DNA of 64,000 nucleotides from assembly GCA_041615815.1 (NCBI GenBank), contig JBFJCP010000022.1:17444-81443 (forward strand), read 5' to 3'. The notes beneath the pieces are model-generated. The model saw only the letters and a program-made list of their open reading frames with translations. It was not told where the DNA came from and ran no database searches. The first letter of the stretch is position 1; every line of letters begins with the position of its first letter. This document shows positions 1 to 9,093 of the stretch, in pieces. The DNA is from Gemmatimonadales bacterium (GTDB lineage: Bacteria; Gemmatimonadota; Gemmatimonadetes; Gemmatimonadales; GWC2-71-9). Made by a program: the position numbers and the translations under genes.

Positions 1-1
1 G

Positions 2-217
2 GCGTTCGAGGGGATTTACACCGAGCCACCCCGGTGGTACTCCGGTTCGAGTGTCTCGGACTTCAATGTGAACAACCTGTCCAACAGCCTTTCCAGCTTC
101 TCGAGCCGGGCCGGCTCGACGCTGAGTTCATCGCCTCGAAGCTCCAGCGGATCCGGGTTTGGTGGAGGGGGATCATCGGGTGGTGGCGGTGGCGGTGGGG
201 GCGGTGGGGGGTTTTGA
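2..217 (+). CDS. C-terminal fragment of a DUF2207-like membrane protein (Gly/Ser-rich tail); 5' end outside window
   Basis: Frame +2 reads AFEGIYTEPPRWYSGSS...SSSPRSSSGSGFGGGGSSGGGGGGGGGGGF then TGA at 215-217. The PxWY...GGGGSSGGGGGGGGGGG[FW] end is typical of DUF2207 proteins. Absent from the ORF track because there is no start codon in the window. Confidence 0.75.
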   Translation, partial: AFEGIYTEPPRWYSGSSVSDFNVNNLSNSLSSFSSRAGSTLSSSPRSSSGSGFGGGGSSGGGGGGGGGGGF

Positions 218-379
218 CGTCGGGCGGTCGCGACAGCCTCAGTTGACCGCAGGCCTGGAGAAGATCCTCTCGGTTCTTTCGCGAGTGTCGCTGGGACGCG
301 CACCAGCATTCTCGTGAGGCTATTGTCTTGTGCATTGGGCCGTTCTCGGTGCACGTTCAGTGGCTTGTCGAGAGGACCA

Positions 380-2095
380 ATGCGGCTCACGAGATCCCAG
401 ACGCGACGCATGCGCCAACAGCGGACCTACGATGTGTGCATCGTCGGGTCCGGCGCGGGCGGCGGCATGGCGGCCAAAATTCTGACAGATGCTGGTGCGG
501 ATGTCGCCGTGCTCGAGGCGGGTCCCATGTGGGACAACACGACCGACTCGGCGATGTTCAAATGGCCTCATGACTCCCCGTACCGGGGCGCGGCCATCCC
601 CGAGCGGCAGTTTGGCGAGTTCGACGCCGGGTTAGGAGGCTGGTCGCTGCCCGGTGAGCCGTACACCAGGGCACCAGGGACGCGCTTCGACTGGTTTCGC
701 GTGCGGATGCTGGGCGGGCGCACGAATCACTGGGGGCGGATCTCGCTGCGCTTCGGCCCCAACGACTTCCGGCGCCGGAGCCTGGACGGGCTGGGTGACG
801 ATTGGCCCATCACGTACGAGGATCTCGAGCCGTACTACGACCGCGTGGATCGTTTGATCGGTATCTTCGGCAGCGCCGAGAACCTGCCGAACGAACCCGA
901 CGGCCAGTTTCTCCCGCCACCCCGTCCGCGCTGCTGGGAGCTATTCGTCAAGCGTGCGGCGGACCGGTTGCGCGTCACCTGTATCCCGTCGCGCCTCTCG
1001 ATCCTCACGCGCCCCCACCATGGCCGCGCGGCTTGCCACTACTGCGGCCAGTGCAATCGCGGGTGCGCCACCAACGCCAACTTCTCATCTACCAACGTGC
1101 TCGTGCTGCCGGCATTGGCGAGCGGCCGGCTCACGTTGGTCACCCATGCGATGGCGCGCGAGGTCACCGTGAACCAAAACGGACTCGCCGATGGTGTCCT
1201 CTACATCGACACGCGGACGGGCGCCGAGCATCGCGCGCGCGCGCGTGTCATCGTCCTCGCAGCGAGTGCATGTGAGTCAGCGCGGCTACTCTTGAACTCG
1301 CGCTCCTCGCGGTTCCCCGATGGGCTTGGCAACTCGAGCGGCGTGGTCGGCAGGTATCTGACGGATACGACCGGCACCGACGTGGCGGGCTTTGTCCCAG
1401 CGCTCATGGACGGCCTGCCACACAACGAGGACGGGACGGGCGGCGCGCATCTCTATATGCCGTGGTGGCTCGACAACCGCGTGCTCGATTTCCCCCGGGG
1501 GTACCACATTGAGATCTGGGGTGGGCGCGGCATGCCCGGGGCTGGGTTCATGGGGAACATCCACCGCTACCCGGTGGGAGGCGGCTATGGCCCGGAGCTC
1601 AAAGCCACGTATCGGCGCTATTACGGCGCGGTCGTCGGCTTCTCGGGCCGCGGCGAGATGATCCCGAACGAGCAAACCTACTGCGAGCTCGATCCCGATA
1701 CGGTGGACCAGTGGGGCATTCCCGTGCTGCGGTTCCATTTCCAGTGGACACCGCATGAGCTGCTGCAAGTCAAGCATATGCAGGAGACATTCCGTGCGCT
1801 GATCGCGGAGATGGGCGGACAGGCACTCACACCCATGCCCACCGCGGAGGATGGATACGGCATTCTTCCCGGTGGTCGGATCATCCACGAGCTCGGCACC
1901 ACACGAATGGGGACGAGTCCTGCAACCTCAGTGCTGAATCAGCATTGCCAAGCCCACGAGGTGAAAAATCTGTTCGTTGCGGACGGGGGACCGTTCACGT
2001 CGCAGGCCGACAAGAACCCCACCTGGACCATCCTGGCGCTTGCATGGCGGACCGCGGACTACATTGTCGCCGCCCGCAGGAGAGGAGACTTGTAG
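380..2095 (+). CDS. GMC-family FAD oxidoreductase large subunit (glucoside 3-dehydrogenase / LacA-like)
   Basis: YDVCIVGSGAGGG FAD motif, GGRTNHWGR, Cys cluster CHYCGQCNRGC (Fe-S type), HELGTTRMG, KNPTWTILALA. Start moved to ATG 380 (GAGAGGA upstream); ATG 410 is an alternative. Confidence 0.9.
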   Translation: MRLTRSQTRRMRQQRTYDVCIVGSGAGGGMAAKILTDAGADVAVLEAGPMWDNTTDSAMFKWPHDSPYRGAAIPERQFGEFDAGLGGWSLPGEPYTRAPGTRFDWFRVRMLGGRTNHWGRISLRFGPNDFRRRSLDGLGDDWPITYEDLEPYYDRVDRLIGIFGSAENLPNEPDGQFLPPPRPRCWELFVKRAADRLRVTCIPSRLSILTRPHHGRAACHYCGQCNRGCATNANFSSTNVLVLPALASGRLTLVTHAMAREVTVNQNGLADGVLYIDTRTGAEHRARARVIVLAASACESARLLLNSRSSRFPDGLGNSSGVVGRYLTDTTGTDVAGFVPALMDGLPHNEDGTGGAHLYMPWWLDNRVLDFPRGYHIEIWGGRGMPGAGFMGNIHRYPVGGGYGPELKATYRRYYGAVVGFSGRGEMIPNEQTYCELDPDTVDQWGIPVLRFHFQWTPHELLQVKHMQETFRALIAEMGGQALTPMPTAEDGYGILPGGRIIHELGTTRMGTSPATSVLNQHCQAHEVKNLFVADGGPFTSQADKNPTWTILALAWRTADYIVAARRRGDL

Positions 2096-2120
2096 TGGGG
2101 ACGAATCGAAAAGTGCACCC

Positions 2121-2741
2121 ATGCCGGCCATGAACCGGCGCGAGGCGGTGCGGCTCTTGGGCGTCGCCCCCATAGTGGGAGCCATGGCCTGGACGGCCGC
2201 CGAGGTAGACGAAGCGTGGCGGCTGGTGGGCGGCGCGCGGCGCGCCGGTCAACTGGGGAGGGCTTTCCAGCCGCGGTTCTTCACAGCACACGAATGGGAA
2301 ACAGTCCGCTTGCTCTGTGACATGATCCTCCCGCGTGATACGCGTTCGGGAAGCGCTACGGACGCGGGGGTGCCCGAGTTCATCGATTTCCTGATGGCCG
2401 ACGGCGACGACGAGCGCCGCCGAACGGCCATGCGCGGCGGGCTCGCCTGGGTGGACACCCAGTGTCGTGAGCGGTTCGGGCAGGCGTTCGTGGACTGCAC
2501 TGACCCCGAGCGGAAGATCCTGCTCGATCTCATCGCCTGGCCAGCTAAGTCGCCACCCGAGCTTTCTCACGGCGTGGAATTCTTCAACAGTTTTCGCAAC
2601 CTGACCGCGAGTGGCTTCTGGTCGAGCAAGATGGGTGTCACGGATCTTCGCTACATGGGCAACACCGCCGTGCCCGAGTGGAGGGGCTGCCCGCAGGAGC
2701 AGCTCGACCGGCTCGGCATGCAGTATGACGAGGAGGACTAG
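2121..2741 (+). CDS. Gluconate 2-dehydrogenase subunit 3-family small subunit (LacC-like) with Tat signal
   Basis: MNRREAVRLLG twin-Arg leader; FFTAHEWETV, SGSATDAGVPEFID, FFNSFRNLTASGFWSS..G...LRYMGN. Directly follows the GMC gene. Start is ATG 2121 or 2130. Confidence 0.88.
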   Translation: MPAMNRREAVRLLGVAPIVGAMAWTAAEVDEAWRLVGGARRAGQLGRAFQPRFFTAHEWETVRLLCDMILPRDTRSGSATDAGVPEFIDFLMADGDDERRRTAMRGGLAWVDTQCRERFGQAFVDCTDPERKILLDLIAWPAKSPPELSHGVEFFNSFRNLTASGFWSSKMGVTDLRYMGNTAVPEWRGCPQEQLDRLGMQYDEED

Positions 2742-2771
2742 TGGGGATGCACTGCAACAGTACGGAGCGCC

Positions 2772-4022
2772 ATGACTGACAAACGGCTGGGCATCGGCTT
2801 CATCGGCAGCGGGTTCAACACGAAGTTTCACATCCAGGCGTTCACGGGCGTGCGCGACGCAGACGTCCGAGGTGTATGGAGCCCGACTACGAAAAACGCA
2901 GACGAGACGGCCGCGTTTGCCCGCCGGCTGGGTGTGGGCGAGGCCAGGTCGTTCCGCTCGATTGGTGAAATGGTGGCGGATCCGTCCATTGATGCCGTCT
3001 GGCTGTGCGGTCCCAATCACGCGCGCATCGAGAACGTCGAGGAGATCGTCGAGACGGTGCAGCGAGGCGGCGGCGCGCTTCGGGGGATCGCCTGCGAGAA
3101 ACCACTCGCCCGCAACGTCGTCGAGGCGACGAAGGTCGTGGAGCTCGTGAAAGGCGCCGGTATCGCGCACGGATACCTCGAGAACCAGCTCTTTGCTCCC
3201 GCCGTCACACGCGGCCGGCAGTTGATTTGGGCACGCGGCGCGGCGCTCACCGGCCGCCCGTACCTCGCGCGCGCGGCGGAAGAGCACAGCGGCCCCCACG
3301 CCCCCTGGTTCTGGCGCGGCAATCTCCAGGGTGGTGGTGTTCTCAATGACATGATGTGTCACTCGGCGGAGCTCGTGCGGTTTCTGTTGACCGAGCCGGG
3401 GGCGTCGCGAGCGTCGCTCGAGCCGAAACGCGTGACCGCGCACATCGCCAGTCTCAAGTGGTCGCGGCCGCAGTACGTGCAGCAGCTCAAAACCACGATG
3501 GGCAAAGACGTGGACTATGCGAAACGCCCCTCCGAAGACTTTGCGAGCGTCATGATCGAGTTTGAGACTCCAGACGGCCAGACGGCCCTTGGCGAGGCCA
3601 CGACGTCGTGGAGCTTCGTGGGTGCCGGACTCAGGCTTTCCGCCGAGCTCTTGGGTCCCGAGTACTCGTTGGCGTGGAACACGCTCGACAGCCCACTCAA
3701 GCTCTTCTTCTCACGCGAGGTGCAAGGCGAGGCAGGAGAGGATCTGGTCGAGAAGCAAAACGCCGAGATGGGTCTCATGCCCGTCGTACCAGACGAGCCG
3801 GTGGCGTACGGCTATGAGGGCGAGGACCGACATTTCGCTCGGGCCTTCCTGGGCCTCGAGGAGCCACTGCTCACATTCGACGACGGACTCGAGGTGGTGC
3901 GAATCCTGATGACGGCCTACATGAGTGCGGAGCAGGGCCGGACGCTCGAGTTCCCGCCCAAAGGCCTCGACACGTTCGTCCCGGCCGTGGCCCAAGGGAC
4001 GTGGTCGCCCACGCGAGGGTGA
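2772..4022 (+). CDS. Gfo/Idh/MocA-family NAD(P)-dependent oxidoreductase (cytoplasmic)
   Basis: GIGFIGSGF Rossmann motif, CEKPLA, GGGVLNDMMCH; GGAG RBS; no signal peptide. Confidence 0.9.
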   Translation: MTDKRLGIGFIGSGFNTKFHIQAFTGVRDADVRGVWSPTTKNADETAAFARRLGVGEARSFRSIGEMVADPSIDAVWLCGPNHARIENVEEIVETVQRGGGALRGIACEKPLARNVVEATKVVELVKGAGIAHGYLENQLFAPAVTRGRQLIWARGAALTGRPYLARAAEEHSGPHAPWFWRGNLQGGGVLNDMMCHSAELVRFLLTEPGASRASLEPKRVTAHIASLKWSRPQYVQQLKTTMGKDVDYAKRPSEDFASVMIEFETPDGQTALGEATTSWSFVGAGLRLSAELLGPEYSLAWNTLDSPLKLFFSREVQGEAGEDLVEKQNAEMGLMPVVPDEPVAYGYEGEDRHFARAFLGLEEPLLTFDDGLEVVRILMTAYMSAEQGRTLEFPPKGLDTFVPAVAQGTWSPTRG

Positions 4023-4038
4023 CAGCCATCTGAAGTGT

Positions 4039-4068
4039 GATCCGTCGGGAGTCGCAACCTGGCGGATC
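4039..4068. terminator. Stem-loop between convergent oxidoreductase genes (possible terminator/stabiliser)
   Basis: gatccgtcggg (4039-4049) pairs with cctggcggatc (4058-4068): 11 bp including 2 G-U on the + strand. No clear U-tract. Confidence 0.4.
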
Positions 4069-4091
4069 CTGTCGTGTCGCCCTCCCGCAGC

Positions 4092-5423
4092 TCACATCCA
4101 TCCGGCCCGATAGGTGGGGCTCACCCAATCCTTTGGCACCGGCACGTTGGTCACCGTACCACTCGTCGGGTCGATCTCGAGCACGCGGTTCATCCGCACG
4201 GCGAGGACGCCGAGGAGCACCATCTCGGTGAGGCCGCCCGCGTGGCCGTCGAACGGTGAGCCCGCAAGCGCGCTGCCCTTGCACGCCGCAATCCACTCTT
4301 CGTAGACGCCGTCCGAGCGTGGGTACTGCTCTGACGGGGGGCTCGCCATGAGGTCGGCGTGCCGCTGGCGATCGACGAGCCGGGGCTCCTCGCCGTAGAT
4401 GCCGGCCAACAGCTTCCCGTCGTCGCCGATCCAGAGTTGGCCGCCGATCCCCTCCGTGGACCACGTCTCGTCCTCGTGCACCTCGGGTGGGATGGATGGC
4501 GCGAGGCTCCCGTCCCGCCATACCGCGCGCACCGCGGGCCGATTTCCCCTGGCCGGGAAGTGGTACACCACGCGGGATGCCGCGGGTGCGGTCTCGGAGT
4601 GGAGCGTCGTGGACTCGGGCTCGATTCGCTCCGGGTAGCCGAGGTCGAGCGTCCAGTAGGCGGCGTCCATCGAGTGGCAGGCAATGTCGCCCAGAGCGCC
4701 GGTGCCGAAGTCCCACCAGCCGCGCCAGCGGAACGGAGCATACGCCGGGTGATAGGGCCGCTCGGGTGCGGGTCCCAACCAGAGGTCCCAGTCGAGGTGC
4801 GGCGGAGCGTGGTGTGCCTCGGTAGGCCGGTCGAGTGCCTGCGGCCAGATGGGCCGGTTGGTCCAATAGTGCACCTCGCGCACCGTACCAATCGCGCCCG
4901 CCTCGACCCACTCGCGGATCTGGCGCGTGCCATCCCCGGCGTGGCCCTGGTTTCCCATTTGGGTGGCGACCCCGGCCCGGCGCGCCGCCCCCCGAAGCGC
5001 CCGCACCTCTCCGATGGTTCGGGCCAGGGGCTTCTGACAGTAGACGGGCTTACCGAGCCTGAGCGCCAGGAGCGCCGCGGCCGCGTGCGTGTGGTCCGGC
5101 GTCGAGACGGTCACCGCGTCGATGTTGCGTCCCTCGCGCTCGAGCATCACGCGGAAGTCCCCATACCACTTGGCCCGCGGGAATTCCGCAACGGTCTCGG
5201 CCGCCCGCTCCTCGTCGACATCGCACAGCGCGTAAATGTTCTCGCCGCTCACCCCCCGCACGTCGCGGCCCCCCATCCCACCCACGCCGATGCAGGCGAC
5301 GTTGAGCGTGTCGCTCGGTGCGCGGAACCCGCGGCCCAACACGTGGCGCGGCACGAGGGTGAACGCCAAGCCGGACGCGACGCCGCCAACAAATGTGCGC
5401 CGCGGAATATCGAGCGTCGCCAT
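4092..5423 (-). CDS. Tat-exported Gfo/Idh/MocA oxidoreductase (BT2158-like)
   Basis: PRRTFVGG twin-Arg leader, ACIGVGGMG, DAVTVSTPDHTHA, YCQKPLA, QMGNQGH, WRGWWDFGTGALGDIACH. Confidence 0.9.
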   Translation of the reverse strand: MATLDIPRRTFVGGVASGLAFTLVPRHVLGRGFRAPSDTLNVACIGVGGMGGRDVRGVSGENIYALCDVDEERAAETVAEFPRAKWYGDFRVMLEREGRNIDAVTVSTPDHTHAAAALLALRLGKPVYCQKPLARTIGEVRALRGAARRAGVATQMGNQGHAGDGTRQIREWVEAGAIGTVREVHYWTNRPIWPQALDRPTEAHHAPPHLDWDLWLGPAPERPYHPAYAPFRWRGWWDFGTGALGDIACHSMDAAYWTLDLGYPERIEPESTTLHSETAPAASRVVYHFPARGNRPAVRAVWRDGSLAPSIPPEVHEDETWSTEGIGGQLWIGDDGKLLAGIYGEEPRLVDRQRHADLMASPPSEQYPRSDGVYEEWIAACKGSALAGSPFDGHAGGLTEMVLLGVLAVRMNRVLEIDPTSGTVTNVPVPKDWVSPTYRAGWM

Positions 5424-5491
5424 GTGGTCTCTCCCCCTCGGCTCTATCCCGGGAAGACGGTTAGTGGGATGGGCTACAGGCGGTAGACTAG

Positions 5492-5520
5492 AGGCGACCG
5501 GGAAGCTCCGCCGGTCGCCT
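5492..5520. other. Perfect 10-bp inverted repeat between the MFS gene and the Tat oxidoreductase
   Basis: aggcgaccgg (5492-5501) / ccggtcgcct (5511-5520), 9-nt loop. Confidence 0.5.
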
Positions 5521-5551
5521 GTCCATCGCCGGTATCCTGTTGTTTACGCCC

Positions 5552-6820
5552 CTACGTTGCTCCCGGCCCGGACTGGTCTTCCGCCCCCGCGACGGGCTCG
5601 GGATTCACGCGGTCGTAGAACAGCAGTCCGAATCCCACCATGACCAAGGCGGCAAACGCGGCCGGGATGAACCAGAACTGTTGCCACTGCGGAAGGGTCA
5701 AGGCGGTGGCGTCGCCCAGGAAGCTGTTGAAAACGTTGCCGGCCACCTGCGCGCCGATGAGCATTCCGATGCCGTAAGTGACCAGCACCAGCATCCCCTG
5801 CGCCTGTCCCCGGATGCCCGGTGTCGACTTCTTGTCCACGTAGATCTGTCCCGTCACGAAGAAGAAGTCGTAACAGATGCCGTGCAGCAAGATGCCCACG
5901 ATGATCATCCAGAAGAGGGCGCTCGGCGCACCGAGGGCAAACAGCACGTAGCGCAGCACCCATGCGCCCATGCCGGACAGGAGCATCCACTTCACGCCCA
6001 GTCGCAGGAAGAACACCGGCATCAGGAGCATGAAGACGACCTCGGACATCTGCCCCAGCGTCTGCGTGCCGGCGATGTTCTGAAAGCCGGTCCCCTCGAG
6101 GAAGAGCTGCGTGAAGTTGTAGTAGGCGGCCAGCGGGATGGAGATGAGCAGTGAACTCACGAGGAACACGTAGAACGGCCCGCTGCCCAACTCCTTGAGG
6201 GCGTCCATACCGATGATGCTGCGGATGGAGACCGGTTTGCCGGCTGCCCGTGGCGGTGTGTGCGGCAGCGAGAAGCTATAGAGTCCCAAGAGAATGCTCG
6301 CCAGCGCCGCCGTGTAGATCGGCATGGGCGTTTGCTCCGGCAGGCGCCCGCCGCTCACGAATGCTCGGAGGACGAAGCTGACAAAGAGCCCAGCGACGAT
6401 CCACCCGATTGTCCCGAAGACGCGGATGAGCGGGAACTGCTTTTCCTGACTTTGGATATTGTGGAACGCAAGCGAGTTGGCCAGCCCCAGCGTGGGCATG
6501 TAACAGAGGTTGTACAGCAGGAGGAGCAGAATGAATGCTACGGGTGCCCCACTCAACTGTGGTACCGCCAACATGACCAGGCCGCCGAGCACATGAAGCG
6601 AGCCCAGCACCTTCTCCGTCGCAAAATAGCGGTCGGCGATCAATCCGAGGAAGAATGGCGCAGCAATCGCGGCGATGGGGTTCACCGTGTACGGCCAGTG
6701 CGTCAGGTCGCCCATGCCCTCGGCGGTCATGTAGACGGCGACCGATGTGTACCACGCGCCCCAGATGAAAAACTGGAGAAACATCATGACGCTGAGTCTG
6801 CTGCCGAGGAAGCGGTTCAT
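5552..6820 (-). CDS. MFS transporter, nucleoside:H+ symporter (NupG/XapB/YegT) family
   Basis: RLSVMMFLQFFIWGAWY, FPLIRVFGTIGWI, ILLHGICYDFFFVTGQIYVD; about 12 hydrophobic segments. Confidence 0.9.
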   Translation of the reverse strand: MNRFLGSRLSVMMFLQFFIWGAWYTSVAVYMTAEGMGDLTHWPYTVNPIAAIAAPFFLGLIADRYFATEKVLGSLHVLGGLVMLAVPQLSGAPVAFILLLLLYNLCYMPTLGLANSLAFHNIQSQEKQFPLIRVFGTIGWIVAGLFVSFVLRAFVSGGRLPEQTPMPIYTAALASILLGLYSFSLPHTPPRAAGKPVSIRSIIGMDALKELGSGPFYVFLVSSLLISIPLAAYYNFTQLFLEGTGFQNIAGTQTLGQMSEVVFMLLMPVFFLRLGVKWMLLSGMGAWVLRYVLFALGAPSALFWMIIVGILLHGICYDFFFVTGQIYVDKKSTPGIRGQAQGMLVLVTYGIGMLIGAQVAGNVFNSFLGDATALTLPQWQQFWFIPAAFAALVMVGFGLLFYDRVNPEPVAGAEDQSGPGAT

Positions 6821-6890
6821 GGTTGGCCGTCGCGATTGGTGGCCACAAAGTCGGAGGAGGGCACAGCCGAAGCGCTCGACCGGCCCGGCA

Positions 6891-7610
6891 TCATGGCAGC
6901 GTCCGGATCTTGATGTTGCGATACGCCACCGGGTCGTCGTGGTCCTGTAGCCCGATGTGGCCGTTGGCTGCGCGGCCGTACGACGGCCACTCGGCGAACT
7001 TGCTGTTTGTCACTCGCGCTTCCCACTCTGGGGTCCACAGCTCGTACTCCACCACCTTGACCCCGTTGAGCCAGTGCTCCACGTGGGCGCCGCGCGCGAC
7101 GATCCGGGCCTCGTTCCACTCGCCCGCGGGCCGGACCACTCCACGCGGCGCGGGGTCGAGCCCATAGTTGGCGCCCGCCGAGGTCAGCGGTGACTGGCCG
7201 TCGGGGTGTCGCTCATCGTCCAACACCTGCATCTCTGGAGCCCCCTCGTAGATGCGAGGCACGTCTTCGGTGGCCCGAAAGAAGACCCCGCTGTTACCGG
7301 CGGGCCCGACCCGCCACTCGAGTGCCAGCTCGAAGTCGGCGAACTGGTCCACGGTGATGATGTCCCCGCCGGGAGCGACCCGGGCGAGGGTGCCGTCCAC
7401 CACCCGCCAGCCCTGCGGCATGTCAGTGGCACGGAAACCGCGCCACCCGTCGGTCGTCTGGCCGTCGAACAGCAGACGCCAACCCTCGGCGCGCTCCTCC
7501 GCTGTGAGTGTGTTCGTTGTGTCCTGCTCGATTTGACCCGATGCGGTGCACGCCGCGTGAGCGGTGAGGGCGAGGAGGAAGGGGACGAAGGGCATGGCTC
7601 GTCGGGTCAT
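6891..7610 (-). CDS. DUF1080 / 3-keto-disaccharide hydrolase-like secreted protein (BT2157-like)
   Basis: NTLTAEERAEGWRLLFDG, DFELALEW, GNSGVFF, EMQVLDD, GEWNEARI, VEHWLNGVKV, GHIGLQDH, YRNIKIR. Start set at ATG 7610 before a signal peptide with a possible lipobox (HAAC). Confidence 0.92.
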   Translation of the reverse strand: MTRRAMPFVPFLLALTAHAACTASGQIEQDTTNTLTAEERAEGWRLLFDGQTTDGWRGFRATDMPQGWRVVDGTLARVAPGGDIITVDQFADFELALEWRVGPAGNSGVFFRATEDVPRIYEGAPEMQVLDDERHPDGQSPLTSAGANYGLDPAPRGVVRPAGEWNEARIVARGAHVEHWLNGVKVVEYELWTPEWEARVTNSKFAEWPSYGRAANGHIGLQDHDDPVAYRNIKIRTLP

Positions 7611-7680
7611 GCGAATCTCACGAGATGGGTGCCGGCCCAGAATATAGCCCTCGCCCACCCCTCGCCGTAACTTTTTCTCC

Positions 7681-8502
7681 ATGCTCCCTCGCCGCGATTT
7701 TCTCGCGTGGCTCGGCGCGGCCATGGCCGTCATCGGGCGCCCGTGGCAGCTTGCCGCCGCGCCTCTCGAACGCGTCGGTATCCAACTCTACACGCTGCGC
7801 GGTCTCATGCAGCAGGATGTTGCGCGCACGCTCGCGGCGGTTGCCGAGATCGGATATAGCGAGGTCGAGTTCGCCGGGTACTTCGATCACCCTCCCCAGC
7901 GGATACGGGAGCTGCTCGACGCGCACGGCCTACGGGCACCGGCGGCACATGTGGGGATTCCCGAAGTGGGCGATGGGTGGGAGCGCGTGTTGGATACGGC
8001 CGAACAAATTGGGCATCGCTACGTTGTAACGCCATGGATTCCAAAGGAGCAGCGCACGGCGGAGGGATACCAGCGCCTGGCGGAGTTGTTCAACCAGGCG
8101 GGCACGGCGGCGCGAGCCCGTGGGCTCACGTTCGCCTATCACAATCACGACTTCGAATTCGCTCCGATGGGTGGCCGGGTCCCGTTCGATGTGCTGTTGG
8201 ACGAGACCGATCCGGAGCTGGTGTGCTTCGAGCTGGACCTCTTCTGGGTGACGAAAGGGGGTTACGACCCCCTCGATTACATGGCCCGCCATCCCGGGAG
8301 GTTCCCGCTCGTCCACGTCAAGGACATGGCGGCGGACGGTGAAATGGTCGACGTGGGTCAGGGGCAGATCGATTTTGGCAGGATCTTCGCACGGGCGCGG
8401 CAGGCGGGAATCCGGCATTACTTCGTCGAGCACGACGACCCACCGGATCCAGTCGAGAGCGCGCGGCGGAGTTACGGCTATCTGCACCGCTTGCAGCCGT
8501 AG
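7681..8502 (+). CDS. Tat-exported sugar phosphate isomerase/epimerase-family TIM-barrel protein (BT2156-like)
   Basis: PRRDFLAW twin-Arg leader, GIQLYTLR, YSEVEFAG, AYHNHDFEF, FELDLFW, HVKDM, YFVEHD. Confidence 0.9.
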   Translation: MLPRRDFLAWLGAAMAVIGRPWQLAAAPLERVGIQLYTLRGLMQQDVARTLAAVAEIGYSEVEFAGYFDHPPQRIRELLDAHGLRAPAAHVGIPEVGDGWERVLDTAEQIGHRYVVTPWIPKEQRTAEGYQRLAELFNQAGTAARARGLTFAYHNHDFEFAPMGGRVPFDVLLDETDPELVCFELDLFWVTKGGYDPLDYMARHPGRFPLVHVKDMAADGEMVDVGQGQIDFGRIFARARQAGIRHYFVEHDDPPDPVESARRSYGYLHRLQP

Positions 8503-9056
8503 GGACCTCGCGGCGCACCCCGGGAGGGTCCCAGTGCCGGTTGGAGCGGAACGCAATGAGCTGTGGGGCACGCCTGCGCCGGCTCGTCACGCCGGATGGA
8601 AAAGATCGTTGCCCAGCTCAGCAACGGGAGATACAAGCTCGGGAGAGAAGACGGCACAACGAGCGTGATTCCCGGCCTCCTCTGAAGGATTCCGCGCGCA
8701 TTATGGCTACATGCGCGATCCCGGCAGGGGGTGCGGGAGCCCCTCGAGGCGATCCTTGACAGCGGCGGTCCCGGGTGGATCTTTGCTGGAACCCTCACCT
8801 ACAGCCATTTCCATTCAAGAGGATGATCCGTCCTCTCGAACAAGGGCTGGTTGTTGGTTTCTGTTGACGTAGGCGGGGCTGGGGACCGGGAATCCGCCAA
8901 TCCCGGTGCTGACCGCCAAGAGGTAGGAATTGGGCGCGATCTACCGTCACAATCAGGCTCAGGGAACGACCGCCTTTTGGATGGGTGGGCGACCGTTCTT
9001 TCTGCTTTATGCACGCTGTCCGTCTGATTTCGCATCCTGACTTCCAACCCTCTGAA

Positions 9057-9068
9057 TCAAACGTTCCA
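9057..9068. promoter_or_regulatory. Possible LacI-type operator upstream of susC
   Basis: TCAAACGTTCCA matches the palindrome TGGAACGTTCCA at 10/12 positions and lies 12 nt upstream of the GGAGG RBS (9081-9085). Confidence 0.25.
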
Positions 9069-9093
9069 CTTTGTAACCGTGGAGGGCAGACGT

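Noticed and set aside
16..411. Poly-proline ORF on the minus strand
   Set aside because: It is the antisense shadow of the poly-Gly tail of the DUF2207-like gene in frame +2.
1995..3443. Long alternative ORFs, e.g. 1995..3443(-), 10255..12078(-), 25886..27649(+), 29784..31337(+), 40947..42368(+), 61792..63114(-)
   Set aside because: They overlap well-supported genes, are Arg/Pro/Gly-rich with no family motifs, and are expected in high-GC DNA.
8881..8930. Cobalamin riboswitch-like text (GGGAATCCG...AATCCCGG..CTGACC) upstream of a TonB receptor
   Set aside because: It lacks the GGTG-AA-TCC core, CACTG/GGGAAG and AGxCAG-AGACC elements. It is explained by a simple hairpin, and the receptor is SusC-type, not BtuB-type.
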